The notes under the pieces were generated by a model. It ran no database searches. It was not told the DNA's origin and saw only the letters and a program-made list of their open reading frames with translations. This document shows, piece after piece, positions 1 to 10,308 of a DNA stretch of 64,000 bases. Within the stretch, counting starts at the first letter, position 1. Every line of letters begins with the position of its first letter. Source of the stretch: Planctomycetota bacterium (GTDB taxonomy: Bacteria; Planctomycetota; Phycisphaerae; WQYP01); the NCBI GenBank assembly GCA_021851715.1, contig JAJZCR010000001.1, positions 7,517 through 71,516 on the forward strand. Direction: 5' to 3'. The translations under genes were made by a program, and so were the position numbers.

Positions 1-537
1 CTGATCCATCAATGGGTGAACGCGAACCCAGTTGAACGGATTGCCGTCATGCTCATGTTGGCTGTAATAGTCGGCCATGCCGCTCTTGCCCCACCAACCC
101 TCGCCGCGCTCGGCCAGCAGATGATCGAAGGTTGCCCGCCGTCCCGCCAGCTTGAACGACAAATCCGTCGGCATGCCATCGACGAAGTTTTCGCTTTGGT
201 GATGGATCACCGCGTGGATATTGCGGAACCCGATCCGCAACAGGCTACGGAACAGATGCATCGCAAAGGGCACCAGCGCGTCGGTGTCCACCTGCACTGT
301 TCCTTTACGCTCCGGCGGCTCGACGGCATAGCTGCCCGCACCGTAATAAAACGGTGGCAGGATGACCAGGTTCATGTCTTTTTCCAACTTTTCCAGAATC
401 CGCAGAACCACCAGCGTATCAAGTCCCACCGCCAGATGCTCGCCGTGATATTCCAGTACGCCCAGCGGCAATACTATCGGCCAATGCTGATCGATGGCCG
501 TGCGAATCTGGTGCGGCAACATAAGCTCATAACGCAT
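1..537 (-). CDS. Creatininase-family amidohydrolase. N-terminal part only; the C-terminus runs off the window edge.
   Basis: My own reverse-complement translation gives MRYELMLPHQIRTAIDQHWPIVLPLGVLEYHGEHLAVGLDTLVV...HHQSENF. The ATG lies at 535-537 and the frame stays open to position 1. The shape resembles the creatininase / MftE-like fold. This ORF is not in the supplied track because it is truncated. Confidence 0.55.
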   Translation of the reverse strand, partial: MRYELMLPHQIRTAIDQHWPIVLPLGVLEYHGEHLAVGLDTLVVLRILEKLEKDMNLVILPPFYYGAGSYAVEPPERKGTVQVDTDALVPFAMHLFRSLLRIGFRNIHAVIHHQSENFVDGMPTDLSFKLAGRRATFDHLLAERGEGWWGKSGMADYYSQHEHDGNPFNWVRVHPLMDQ

Positions 538-546
538 AAATTGGCC

Positions 547-1704
547 TCACAATTCCGTCAGCCGGGCATACTTTCCGGACAATTTCTCTACGCCGTCGTT
601 GCTAACGCGAAGACCGTTCTCCCAGCGCAAACCGAAATCCCGATCCTGAAAAAATGTATCGACCTGAAAAGTCATATTCTCCTGCAGCCGGTACGTGGAG
701 GTCGATTCCATCCAGGGCCGCTCCACCTCCATCATTCCTACGCCGTGGCACGGGCCATACAGCATGTATTTGGCAAACCCTCGCTGTTGCACAAAGGCTT
801 CGTATTCCCGCACGACGTCATTGGCGGATTTACCGGCCTTGATCAATTCGAAAGTTTTGTGGTGCGCCTCCAGACCAAATTCCACCAGCCGCTTCTTGCG
901 CTGCGGCAATCGGCCGATCGAAAAAGGCAGCCCTACGCTGGACGCATACCCGCCCACACGCGCGCCGATATTCAACTGTATCACTTCGTTGCGGCGGATT
1001 TTGTTGTGCGAGGGACGGCTGATCGCGTTGTTGGTAGCCGGGCCGCAAAAACAGTACAAGGCATGGCCCTCGTATTCACCGCCATGCTGGTAGATCTCCC
1101 GCTGGGCAATGCCGATCACCTGAAGTTCGGTCATGCCCGGCTTAATCTCGCGCAGAATGGCCTCCACCGCCAACTCGCTGATCTGATATGCTTTCCGCAT
1201 CAACGCAATTTCGTTGGAGGACTTTACAATGCGAAGGCCCACCAGGGTATCGTCGGCCTTAACCAGTTCTACGCCGGGCAGAGTCTTTTGCAGGCCAAGG
1301 TATACCGGCAGGGTCATAATCGAAAAACCTATGAGCCCCAGCTTCTTTAACCGTCCGCCGGGCATCGCTTTTTTTACGACATCCGGAAATGTGGCAACGG
1401 CGATACCCGGGTACTCCGGTTCGGCTGACTCGCGATATTCGACCATTTTACAGATGCACCGGATTTTACTGCGCATCTCCGCGTAGGTTTGGCTTTCAGG
1501 GCCGATGAGCAAAATGGGATGGCCAACCGCCGGCATAAACACCCCGGCCGCTTCGAATGTCGGCCAGTATTCCGACAAATACCTGACATGGGCGCAGTCC
1601 GATTCGTTGGCATGGACCAGCGCCGCGTCCAACCCCGCTGCGGCGATGTTCTGTTGAAATCGCCGAATGCGCTGGCGATATTCACTGTCTGGAATTCTTA
1701 CCAT
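547..1704 (-). CDS. M24-family metallopeptidase (Xaa-Pro aminopeptidase / creatinase-like)
   Basis: 385-aa ORF with a typical pita-bread-fold arrangement (N-terminal domain plus catalytic domain, HGVG... motifs). It begins 10 bp after the creatininase-like gene ends. Confidence 0.7.
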   Translation of the reverse strand: MVRIPDSEYRQRIRRFQQNIAAAGLDAALVHANESDCAHVRYLSEYWPTFEAAGVFMPAVGHPILLIGPESQTYAEMRSKIRCICKMVEYRESAEPEYPGIAVATFPDVVKKAMPGGRLKKLGLIGFSIMTLPVYLGLQKTLPGVELVKADDTLVGLRIVKSSNEIALMRKAYQISELAVEAILREIKPGMTELQVIGIAQREIYQHGGEYEGHALYCFCGPATNNAISRPSHNKIRRNEVIQLNIGARVGGYASSVGLPFSIGRLPQRKKRLVEFGLEAHHKTFELIKAGKSANDVVREYEAFVQQRGFAKYMLYGPCHGVGMMEVERPWMESTSTYRLQENMTFQVDTFFQDRDFGLRWENGLRVSNDGVEKLSGKYARLTEL

Positions 1705-1781
1705 GATCTGATCTTCCTTAAATGTGGTTCACCAACAATTTTCGCAGCTTGCATCAGGCTGCGGAACGGGCACATTTTCCT

Positions 1782-4049
1782 TTATTCGGGGTGCCCGTTA
1801 TCCAATTTTGCGCGACTGCCTGGCAGCGCAGAACGCGACAAGGTGCGGAAAACTTTCCAAGCCGGCATATGCGATCCGGACCAGTCATACTCGGCAATGC
1901 CGTCGAGCCGGCGAATTTTCCGCAAAGGTTCTCCTGCAAGCTGCCACGGCTTGAATATCCAAAAAAGATCGCCCTCCGGATTCTCCCAGCGTACACCGGC
2001 ATCGCCGGGCAACAGCCGGCGCTGGCCCATCATGTACGGCAGAGCCTGGTTATAGAGATGGTTTAACTGCACCCACCAGTCCGGCAGTACATGCGTTTGG
2101 TCGTAAAGGCTCTGGTAGTTCACATAACCACGGTTGGCCATCATTCGAAAGAGAATGCGTTTAAGCTCCGACATGCCGCGATGGCGCGGGACGACATTCA
2201 TCCAGCAATCAAACGCCATATCTTCTTCACCCACCCACCAGCCGAAATCGTTCTGACCGGCGACGGCGCGGTCTTGTTTCAACCGCTCGCCGCGCAGATC
2301 GGCCACTCCAAAATGGCCCGTCCCCAGAGCCGAAATACTTTCGAAACAGAATGATCGGATGCCAGCCTTTTGCAAATCCGAGAGCAGCCGCGCAAACGCC
2401 GCATAATTACTCCGCATACGTGCAGAATAATTCATTTGCAGCATGCCCATGTTGGAATAGGAGTCAACGAACAGAAAATCAATTCCACCTTCCTGCTGCC
2501 AGCGCCGCAAATCGGAGATAACCTGGTCGCGAATGCCCGTATTCCAATCCGCAACGACAAGGGTCTCAAATCCGTAGCCCCCGCCCGCGGGTTGTCCATG
2601 GGCGTCAATCATGCGGTACTCCGGATGCTGCCGGTAAAGCGGAGAGCGCGGCGAGAAATGCGGGGCAAACCAGTGGCCGATTTCCATGCCCAGCGCGTGG
2701 CTTTTATCGGCAAGATACCGCCACGCCCTGATGCCTCCCCAGAAGTCAGAGGGGAAAAAGCGATGCGTTGCACACACACTTGCACAATGCAGATCGCCTT
2801 GTATACCGGCGTCGATCTTGCGCCGCATGCCGAACTCGGTTACGTCGCTCTGCGAAATTACAATGGGAAGGAATTGCCGTACCCCCTGTTGCGCCAGCCT
2901 GGGCAACAGCTTATCGGCCATCGCGTACAGCATTTCCTCGTGATCCACCGCGACGCCGCCGATCTTGATCCGCAGCCTGTTGGCCTTGCCGCGGGAAGCA
3001 CCTCCGCCAACGGAAGTAGTCCAACCGCCACCCGCCAGACGATGAGAACGCTGTCCGAGGCAGGTCTCGTACACCGTTGTGAGGCATGGGCGAACCACCG
3101 CCGGAGCCACCGTAAAAGTCTTCCGAATCCGGCCATAAACATGCTGCAACGCCTGCCACCACAAATCCCGCGCCTCATGCTCGGCCAGAGCCCCGCGAGC
3201 GAACAAAAGCCACTTGGGCGGCGTAACCGCCCGGCGAGCCAACTCGAAGCGATATTCATCAAGCACATGCAGCACATCCTCGCCACGCGGAGATTCAATC
3301 AGACTGGAGATGCCGTGGAAGTCAGGCCAGAATTGCAGCAGGGCACCATGCTGCGGGTGGTATTGAAAATCGAATCCCTGCACCAGCCCGGCACGGGTCG
3401 CGAACTGGAACGAATATCCCTGAGGATTACCATATCCCGCTAGCGTGCGCAGGCATGCTGTCGTAAACAACGTGCCTTTCGTACCGCGGTAAACGGGCAT
3501 GTTGCACTGTCCCTGGCTCAAGACGGTGTTGCCGGTGATGCGGCCGCCGATTTCCCAGGTGGCGTGTGTGAGCAGGCGATGGATCTTCCGCGTGCGGCTC
3601 CTGAATTCAAAGTGTTGGGAGAAACCGCGCCAGGTGCGCCCGGCCAGTTTGACCGACAGGGGGTGCAGCACCATTTGCAGTTCATCCTCGACGGATTCAG
3701 CGCCGCGATCCAGCCACACCAGGGGCTGCCCATAGTCGTCGAGATACTCGCCGCGTTCCCAGGGAACGCCGTTCGCGGTCATCATGATGTGCGTGCTGTG
3801 CCTGATGCGGATAACTTTATCAACCTGCAACCTGGTATACAGGAATCCCTCGGGCGTATCGAGGTGAACACCGATCGGTCGCGAGCCATCTCGCAGATCA
3901 ACGCCGTCCACGCGCACCCGTCCCATGCCGCGGAACTCCTTCTGCGCCGATTGGAGCACCTCAACTTCGATGCCTTTTTCCAGAAGCAGCCGCATGTTGT
4001 TACCCCCTGATTTTCTCTTTGCAACTGGATTTCTCCGCACGTCGATCAT
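1782..4049 (-). CDS. Cytoplasmic TIM-barrel glycoside-hydrolase-like protein. The family is not identifiable.
   Basis: The long ORF contains a GIDFLFVDSYSNMG segment resembling the G-x-D-G-F-R-x-D catalytic strand of GH13-like or GHL TIM barrels. Its likely start is ATG 4049-4047, which overlaps the sulfatase stop as ATGA and so suggests translational coupling. It has no signal peptide. Confidence 0.45.
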   Translation of the reverse strand: MIDVRRNPVAKRKSGGNNMRLLLEKGIEVEVLQSAQKEFRGMGRVRVDGVDLRDGSRPIGVHLDTPEGFLYTRLQVDKVIRIRHSTHIMMTANGVPWERGEYLDDYGQPLVWLDRGAESVEDELQMVLHPLSVKLAGRTWRGFSQHFEFRSRTRKIHRLLTHATWEIGGRITGNTVLSQGQCNMPVYRGTKGTLFTTACLRTLAGYGNPQGYSFQFATRAGLVQGFDFQYHPQHGALLQFWPDFHGISSLIESPRGEDVLHVLDEYRFELARRAVTPPKWLLFARGALAEHEARDLWWQALQHVYGRIRKTFTVAPAVVRPCLTTVYETCLGQRSHRLAGGGWTTSVGGGASRGKANRLRIKIGGVAVDHEEMLYAMADKLLPRLAQQGVRQFLPIVISQSDVTEFGMRRKIDAGIQGDLHCASVCATHRFFPSDFWGGIRAWRYLADKSHALGMEIGHWFAPHFSPRSPLYRQHPEYRMIDAHGQPAGGGYGFETLVVADWNTGIRDQVISDLRRWQQEGGIDFLFVDSYSNMGMLQMNYSARMRSNYAAFARLLSDLQKAGIRSFCFESISALGTGHFGVADLRGERLKQDRAVAGQNDFGWWVGEEDMAFDCWMNVVPRHRGMSELKRILFRMMANRGYVNYQSLYDQTHVLPDWWVQLNHLYNQALPYMMGQRRLLPGDAGVRWENPEGDLFWIFKPWQLAGEPLRKIRRLDGIAEYDWSGSHMPAWKVFRTLSRSALPGSRAKLDNGHPE

Positions 4050-5479
4050 ATGAAATCCGCCTTTCCGTGCGTCAATGCTCCCTTGGCTTTGTTGTATCGT
4101 GTGGGAGCCAGGGGTTCCCAATCGCCCATGTGGCTGCGGGACTGCTGGTATCGCATGAGGTGCATCAGCAAGCGGCGAATCAGCTTATCACGGATTGTGC
4201 TACAGTCCGGATCGTGCCAGCGGTTGTGCAATTCATCAGGATGCGGCAGCATGTCGAACAACTGGCCGTCGTCCGGCCGGTCGAGGTGGAAAGCCAGCTT
4301 ATGCTCGCGTGTGCGAATCATCCGGCACATGGAAGTTTCGGCGAAGACATACTCCCTGCCCGTCGGCCGCCAGCCGTCGATGGCCCGCAGAAAGCTATAT
4401 CCCTGGGCACGTGGCGCAACATCCCAGCCCATGCGTTCCATGAGGCTGGGCAGCAGATCGATTGTCTCCCACAGTCCCTCCACCACCTTGCCGTGGTTCT
4501 GCGGCCGCGTCGGATCGCACCACAGCAGCGGAACCTTGTAGAGTTGCTCATAGACCGGTACATTCTTGCCAAGCTGCCCGTATTCCCCACCGAAATCTCC
4601 ATGATCCGGACAGAACACCACCAGAGTTTCCCCGGCCAACCCCTGTGCATCCAGCGCCTCAAGAATTTGGCCGATCTGTTTATCGATCAAGCCGATCAAC
4701 GAATAGTAACGCGCCACGGCTTGCTGAAAAATTCCAGGATTCTCCCAGGCCCCCAGCTTCCAAAAATCTTCCGGGCCGGGCCGGGGTTGCAGCTTCGTTT
4801 GTTCAAAAAGCTCGTAGTCGTCCCAGGGAAGAGGCACACGATCGGGATGAACCAGTTTTTCGGTTTCCGCATCCGGCGAGTGCGGGGCGTGCGGCCGCTC
4901 AAACGTAACCCAGGCAAAAAAAGGCTTTTTTCCGGGTTGATGCTGCCGTAAAAATGAGATGGCGTGTTCGGCGGTCCACACTTCGGTGGAGTGTTCCTGC
5001 GGAATACGGCTGGTCCAGGTGAGAAAGCGGTTATGCGACCGCGGCGTTTGCAATGCGGCATCGCTAAGGCCATGCCTGGCCAGGTAGTCGCGATACTCGC
5101 CGCTATCGAGCGTATGCTGAACCTCAAAGGCCTTGCTCAAATCGTTGGGCAGGTGGCATTTGCCGAACACACCGGTCGCATAACCTCGGCGCTGAAACTC
5201 ATGCGCTAACGATGGTATATCCGTATCCAATGGCACATCGATATTGTTGCCGTAGTGCCCATGGGCAAAAGGATACATGCCCGTGAAAAAACAGGTCCGA
5301 CTCGGACTGCAGATTGCGGTGGGCGTGTAGGCGTGGCTGAAGCGAACGCCTTGCGCCACCAGCCGGTTGAGGTTCGGCGTCTCCACCAGCGGCTTGCCGT
5401 CGACACCCTTCGGGCAGCCTCGCAGGCAACTGATTGCTTCGGGGTGATGTTGGTCATCCATCAGGAAAATTACATTCAT
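4046..5479 (-). CDS. Formylglycine-dependent sulfatase (arylsulfatase family). No signal peptide.
   Basis: 477 aa. It carries the CSPSR formylglycine motif (C-x-P-x-R), the N-terminal VIFLMDDQ metal-binding start, and the GKCHL region. Confidence 0.85.
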   Translation of the reverse strand: MNVIFLMDDQHHPEAISCLRGCPKGVDGKPLVETPNLNRLVAQGVRFSHAYTPTAICSPSRTCFFTGMYPFAHGHYGNNIDVPLDTDIPSLAHEFQRRGYATGVFGKCHLPNDLSKAFEVQHTLDSGEYRDYLARHGLSDAALQTPRSHNRFLTWTSRIPQEHSTEVWTAEHAISFLRQHQPGKKPFFAWVTFERPHAPHSPDAETEKLVHPDRVPLPWDDYELFEQTKLQPRPGPEDFWKLGAWENPGIFQQAVARYYSLIGLIDKQIGQILEALDAQGLAGETLVVFCPDHGDFGGEYGQLGKNVPVYEQLYKVPLLWCDPTRPQNHGKVVEGLWETIDLLPSLMERMGWDVAPRAQGYSFLRAIDGWRPTGREYVFAETSMCRMIRTREHKLAFHLDRPDDGQLFDMLPHPDELHNRWHDPDCSTIRDKLIRRLLMHLMRYQQSRSHMGDWEPLAPTRYNKAKGALTHGKADFI

Positions 5480-5637
5480 GACCGTTGCTCCAGGTTTAGC
5501 GAGTCAACTACAGCCGATTCCTTGCACCGGCGTCTTGCATCGTGGCCGCCGACCGGCGCAGCCAAGCCGGTAATCCAACGGGATTGACCCGTGTGAAAAG
5601 TCTGGGGCCCCACTTGCGGCCCGTAGTGCCGGAGCGT

Positions 5638-8600
5638 TCACAGCAGCACTCGATATTCACCCGGTCGTAGCGTCACCTTGCGCTCCGCAAAAATCAGCCC
5701 CGGCAGCTTCATCGCCTGTCGCAGCCTGCTGGTAATCGGTTTATCTGTCGGATTGTTCACCGATACCTGCCATTGGCAACGATTCGGCGACGGATGATCC
5801 TGCAGCCGTATCACGTTGATGAATAATTCCTTCCCCTGGGAGTCGGCGATAATCGGATGGCCCGCAAGCATCTGCGTCTTCGCCGCCAGATCTACATATA
5901 GCGGCACCTGGGCACAGCCGAATTCATCCACGCCCAACGCCCGGTAGCGGTTCTTTCCTGAGCCGTTCTGTGTCAACACGTAACCACTTTTCTGGAACAG
6001 TCCGGCGCTCCAGCGACGGTTCAAACCCGTGACCCGCAACGGCAGAGTCAGGTTGGTTTTCCAGATGGGCCGGGGAACCAGCACTTCCACCGCCCCGTTG
6101 TCAGGGTGACATTCGATAATACCGGGCGATGCTACCCGCCGGCCACGCAGTATCTTCATCCCCGTCGGCTGGTCCAGGTAGGTCAGCAGGCGCGTTACCT
6201 CCGCCGGGTTTTTAAGTCCCATGTTGACCGGTACACCCAGCGAGAAAAGCTCAAAAGCATACGTGTTGCCCGTCTGAACCTTCCGGCCGGCGATGTCGGC
6301 ATGGATGTTGATTTGCGGATAACTTACCTGCATCCGCAGCGGCTCTCCGCGCACAATGAAAATATGGCTGCAGGCGGTATTCGGACTGTACAGGGCGAAC
6401 CAGTCGCCCGGCACAAGATGAAACGTGCCGACTTGGCCCGGCTGGCCATTGCGGCCGCAATACAGAAGCTTCTGCGTGATTTGGGCCGTGGCTTTACCCA
6501 GCAACAGATATGCCGGCGACGCCACCGACGCGATCCCGGCGTTGCTCTGGAGAAGCCGCAAATGTTCAACGCTGCAATCCTGCTTAAAACGAATGTCCGA
6601 TCGAAACAGGCAGGCATTGGTCCCTTCACGCACCCCCACCGCGGGCCAGCCCGTCTCCGGCACGCCCATGGTCGGCGAGATCCACTCCCAATAGCGCAGC
6701 GTAAAATCCATCAACTTGCCGGGGCCGGCCAGTGGCCCAAAGGTATCCCACGGGTTGACGACGGCCAGCACATCGGCGGAAAAAATCCGATCTTGCCGCG
6801 ACACCAAGGCCCCCGAGCCTTCATCGCAATAGTCCAACAGCGGCGTATTCTCAAAGCGTGGGCCATCTTCCTGCCCTTTGTCCGTACCCAGAACGGGCCG
6901 GCTTTCATTAAATGTAACTAGTGGAATTACCGCTGGCGGCCCTCCATCCCAGGTTTGCCCCGCGACATCCGCCGGAAGAGCCTGAACATGTGTGACGCAT
7001 TGCGATACAGGCCCGTGGGCGAAAAGTATCTGCTGGACGTAGGAATTGACGTGGTCTCCGCAATAGACCGGGGCCAACGATCCGTCCTTCCAGCAGCGGC
7101 GGGCAAAACTGACCGCGGTGCCACCTTTTTCATCCGTAGCCACCAGCACCAGATTGCGCTGGATCGTCGCATCCAGCAGCAGTGTTTCACGGAAGGTTTT
7201 GGCACCCTGTGGCAGGAATCGCCGGAAGACTTCCGGGCCGTTGTAAAGGGTGATCTCTTTTAAGCCAGTGGGAGCATCGACTTCCAGCTTCGCTGTCATG
7301 ATCGCCGCCGGCGTGACAAATTCCCGGGCCCCCAGCGTCCAGACACGTACCGTTTGCGGCCAGGCACGGATCATCGGGCCATCCGATGTAAACGTGTTAT
7401 AGGAGACATACTGGTTGGGCCACCATAGGCCATCAACAAAGATGTTGGAAACGGAACTCGCCTGCACGTACGTCAATGCATGGCCGAGGTCCACTTCACG
7501 CGCCATTGCCGACGGCGAACGTACCTCATTCAACGATACCGGCGTCGGAGGAATGGTGCCAGCCGCCGTGGCGAGATATTCAGCGGTCTGGTCCTCCACC
7601 AGTTGGCCGTTTTTGTAATAACGTATCGCCGCCATGCCATACACCCTCAGATCGCTGATGCGCATCAGACGCGGATTGTCGGAGAAATGGTAGTACCCAT
7701 GATTGCCGTGGTGATTCATCCAACGATATAACATCCAGTTAAAGGATGGCCCGTTAAAGCCGGTGTACTTGCCTTGCTGATTTTGCGGCTGGAGATCAAA
7801 TAGTGTCCGGCCGGGCCCGGTGAGCACATCCGCGCGCGGCCAGGGGTCATTGCCCGCAGTCGGCGGCCCAAAAAAGAACATGTGGTCCCCGGTATTTGCG
7901 TCGATGGTGTAACCAGGCAGCAGCAGAATTTCATCATCACTCCAGCGCCGGCAATCCGCCTGGAGCGACGTCCACTTCCCCGGCGTAAGTGTAGCGAAAT
8001 CATCGAGAAATACGATGAAGTGCAGCCCCGCCTTTTTGGCTGCCGCCACATACTGTTCCACCGTGCCATGCCCTGAACTGTACGTGGTTTTGGCACCGAT
8101 GAATCCGCGGTATACCGTCCCAACATTGGCCGGTGGCGACTTGCCTTGAGTCCAGGTGGCACCGGCGGCACCAAACCACCTGGTCAAGGCATCCTTTTTA
8201 AGATTTGGTGCCACCAGGGTTTGTGCACCAGTCCGATAGCCGCCGACCAGTTTGCCCGCCAGCGACGGCATGGCCAACCAGCGCCAAGTATTTTCCAGAA
8301 GCTGGCCAAAGTCGCTGTTTTTACCCCCGAATCCGCGCGAGAGCACCTGCCGGTCAAAAATCCATTTGACGCCGGAACCGACGGAAAATTGCGGCCACTG
8401 GTTCACCATCGCAATTCGTCCTGCGTGGTACGGCCGGATCGCAAACAGTGCCGGTGATTTGACCGGGCTTTTGCGCACAAAAACATGCGGCGGCGGTTTC
8501 GCGGCGCCGGCCGTATCCGCCGCCACATCGACCGGCTGCGCATACGCCGTTTTCGAAGCCTTGATCACCACCTGCCAGTCCGCATTCACCATGATTGGGC

Positions 8601-9264
8601 CGCCCGCCGCCGCGTTGTAGTGATGCTGGGTCGGATACCAGATACCCTGCACGCCCATGCTCACCGGTGCCGGGAACACCTGATCGGTATACGCCAATGG
8701 CACAGGATACGAGGCGTGTACGAGATGCCCCTGGTTGGCGGGGTTGGTTTCAACAATAGTCTCCATCGGCCATTTTGCGCCCCAATGGTCCGTCAAATCC
8801 GAAAGCATCTGCTTGACCCAGTTTTCCTCCATGGGCATCAAAAACACGCCACCGCCGGCGGCCAGGTAGCGCTCGATCAGGACCACAAATGCTCTGACCC
8901 GCTCTGGAGAGGAAGGTTCGTTAAGGCCCACGTTGGGATTGACCGCGAAGGCGTCCGGGGTGCAGTAAAGCACCAGCACGTTGTATTGTTTAATCCGATT
9001 CCAGGTCATCTCGCCGAGGTCATTGGTGTAGTCCACCTCAAAGCCCCTGGCGTGCAATTCCTGTAGATATTCCAGGTCAATCCAACTGTGGCCCGCTGTG
9101 TCCACGCCCCGTGGCGAGCAAAACAGGATCGACGGGCGGACCGTGGGACCCTTGGGCCCCCTGACGATAATCTTTCTGGCGCAGCTGGTTAAAAGCAAAC
9201 CGCCACCCATAGCGCCGATTTTTAAAAAACTACGGCGTTTCATGGGGGGGAAAAAAAGACTCAT
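5638..9264 (-). CDS. Large Tat-secreted protein of unknown function, about 1208 aa
   Basis: Start ATG 9264-9262 is preceded by AGGAG at an 8-nt spacing. A twin-arginine signal MSLFFPPMKRRSFLKIGAMGGGLLLTSC is present. The continuous ORF is far longer than chance would give. Function is not recognisable from motifs. Confidence 0.6.
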   Translation of the reverse strand: MSLFFPPMKRRSFLKIGAMGGGLLLTSCARKIIVRGPKGPTVRPSILFCSPRGVDTAGHSWIDLEYLQELHARGFEVDYTNDLGEMTWNRIKQYNVLVLYCTPDAFAVNPNVGLNEPSSPERVRAFVVLIERYLAAGGGVFLMPMEENWVKQMLSDLTDHWGAKWPMETIVETNPANQGHLVHASYPVPLAYTDQVFPAPVSMGVQGIWYPTQHHYNAAAGGPIMVNADWQVVIKASKTAYAQPVDVAADTAGAAKPPPHVFVRKSPVKSPALFAIRPYHAGRIAMVNQWPQFSVGSGVKWIFDRQVLSRGFGGKNSDFGQLLENTWRWLAMPSLAGKLVGGYRTGAQTLVAPNLKKDALTRWFGAAGATWTQGKSPPANVGTVYRGFIGAKTTYSSGHGTVEQYVAAAKKAGLHFIVFLDDFATLTPGKWTSLQADCRRWSDDEILLLPGYTIDANTGDHMFFFGPPTAGNDPWPRADVLTGPGRTLFDLQPQNQQGKYTGFNGPSFNWMLYRWMNHHGNHGYYHFSDNPRLMRISDLRVYGMAAIRYYKNGQLVEDQTAEYLATAAGTIPPTPVSLNEVRSPSAMAREVDLGHALTYVQASSVSNIFVDGLWWPNQYVSYNTFTSDGPMIRAWPQTVRVWTLGAREFVTPAAIMTAKLEVDAPTGLKEITLYNGPEVFRRFLPQGAKTFRETLLLDATIQRNLVLVATDEKGGTAVSFARRCWKDGSLAPVYCGDHVNSYVQQILFAHGPVSQCVTHVQALPADVAGQTWDGGPPAVIPLVTFNESRPVLGTDKGQEDGPRFENTPLLDYCDEGSGALVSRQDRIFSADVLAVVNPWDTFGPLAGPGKLMDFTLRYWEWISPTMGVPETGWPAVGVREGTNACLFRSDIRFKQDCSVEHLRLLQSNAGIASVASPAYLLLGKATAQITQKLLYCGRNGQPGQVGTFHLVPGDWFALYSPNTACSHIFIVRGEPLRMQVSYPQINIHADIAGRKVQTGNTYAFELFSLGVPVNMGLKNPAEVTRLLTYLDQPTGMKILRGRRVASPGIIECHPDNGAVEVLVPRPIWKTNLTLPLRVTGLNRRWSAGLFQKSGYVLTQNGSGKNRYRALGVDEFGCAQVPLYVDLAAKTQMLAGHPIIADSQGKELFINVIRLQDHPSPNRCQWQVSVNNPTDKPITSRLRQAMKLPGLIFAERKVTLRPGEYRVLL

Positions 9265-9285
9265 CAATAATTCTCCTGAAATTTA

Positions 9286-10287
9286 TTACGGAATCGCCGG
9301 CAACGACTGGGGCACCACGTAACCGCGGAACCATGCCAGTGTCCAGAGGTCGGGCAACGCCACATATTCCGCATGACCATCCAAAAACACCACATTCACC
9401 CCATCGCCATGGCGCAGCATGGCATCATATTCAAACCCGTCGGTTTGTGGGCCGGAATCCAGGTTATCCGCGTACTGGGCGGTGCCCGGGGCCGCGGCAG
9501 GGGTGGGGTTGGGATTGAGGTTATTCAGGTGCGAATCCGGAAATTGGTTGCTTTCCGGCCACGTTTGCCAAAAGATACTATCGAGAAAAAGCGGGATTTT
9601 GGAGCGGTCGTATGAAACAGAGTGCGTGGGCCACGCGTAGGGCTGCATCCACTTTATATAGTTCCATGTGGCCTGATTATAAAGATAACCGTTGTAGGCG
9701 TAACTGCACCACCAGCGGGTGGAGGCCCCATTCCAGTTAGCCCCGGTCTCGTAATGCCAGGCCACGGAGGCTGAGCCGGCCCCCGCCCAATCCAGAGCCG
9801 TGGTGGGCAGTTTCATCACCTGTGTGGATGGACACACCAGCGCGGTATTGGGGGAGCTGTCCACCATGCCCAGGGCGGGGTTGGTATTCAGGCCGCCCGG
9901 AACTATGTACGGGGTGTAGAAATGCACCCATGTATTTCCGCCCGGCATGTTCAGCGCCGAGTTATTCTCCCCGTAGTTACACCGCTGACCTTGGTAATCC
10001 GCCTGATATTGGATTACCGCCAGGCCAAGCTGCCGCTCGTTGGAAAGGCACAATACCGAATCCGCCGCCCGCCGGGCCGCGGCTAAGGCCGGCAAAAGCA
10101 GGGCAATCAGAAGGGCGATGATGGAGATCACCACCAAAAGTTCCACCAAGGTAAAACCGTGCAGGGGCCGACGGAACCCGGCAAAATTCCGCGGCGGGTG
10201 TGACTTTTTACAACCCCTGACACGGAGATACGTATTATGCCCGACGCCCGGAACAGTGTCATGTAGTACATTGGCGTTGATCTTCAT
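9286..10287 (-). CDS. Prepilin-type N-terminal cleavage/methylation domain protein (DUF1559 / H-x9-G class)
   Basis: It has the [17 protein letters not shown] prepilin motif and a C-terminal [13 protein letters not shown] signature typical of DUF1559 proteins in Verrucomicrobia and Planctomycetes. The leader would be unusually long (about 49 aa); no closer ATG, GTG or TTG start is visible. Confidence 0.7.
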   Translation of the reverse strand: MKINANVLHDTVPGVGHNTYLRVRGCKKSHPPRNFAGFRRPLHGFTLVELLVVISIIALLIALLLPALAAARRAADSVLCLSNERQLGLAVIQYQADYQGQRCNYGENNSALNMPGGNTWVHFYTPYIVPGGLNTNPALGMVDSSPNTALVCPSTQVMKLPTTALDWAGAGSASVAWHYETGANWNGASTRWWCSYAYNGYLYNQATWNYIKWMQPYAWPTHSVSYDRSKIPLFLDSIFWQTWPESNQFPDSHLNNLNPNPTPAAAPGTAQYADNLDSGPQTDGFEYDAMLRHGDGVNVVFLDGHAEYVALPDLWTLAWFRGYVVPQSLPAIP

Positions 10288-10308
10288 AAGACCATCCTTT
10301 CACGGTTA

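Noticed and set aside
16-1350. 444-aa plus-strand ORF
   Set aside because: It is antisense to the creatininase-like and M24 genes. Its composition is Arg/His/Gln-rich, typical of an out-of-frame high-GC shadow ORF, and it has no recognisable domain.
2370-3443. 357-aa plus-strand ORF and the other long shadow ORFs (for example 6106-6921, 10807-11730, 12945-14159, 18789-19823, 23332-24999, 29952-30824, 34357-35331, 38553-39206, 40312-40854, 46213-47037, 50433-51158, 55337-56035, 60464-61189 / 60517-61293)
   Set aside because: Every one of them lies antisense or out-of-frame inside a well-supported gene with clear family motifs. They show Arg/Pro/His/Gly-rich low-complexity translations typical of GC-rich non-coding frames.
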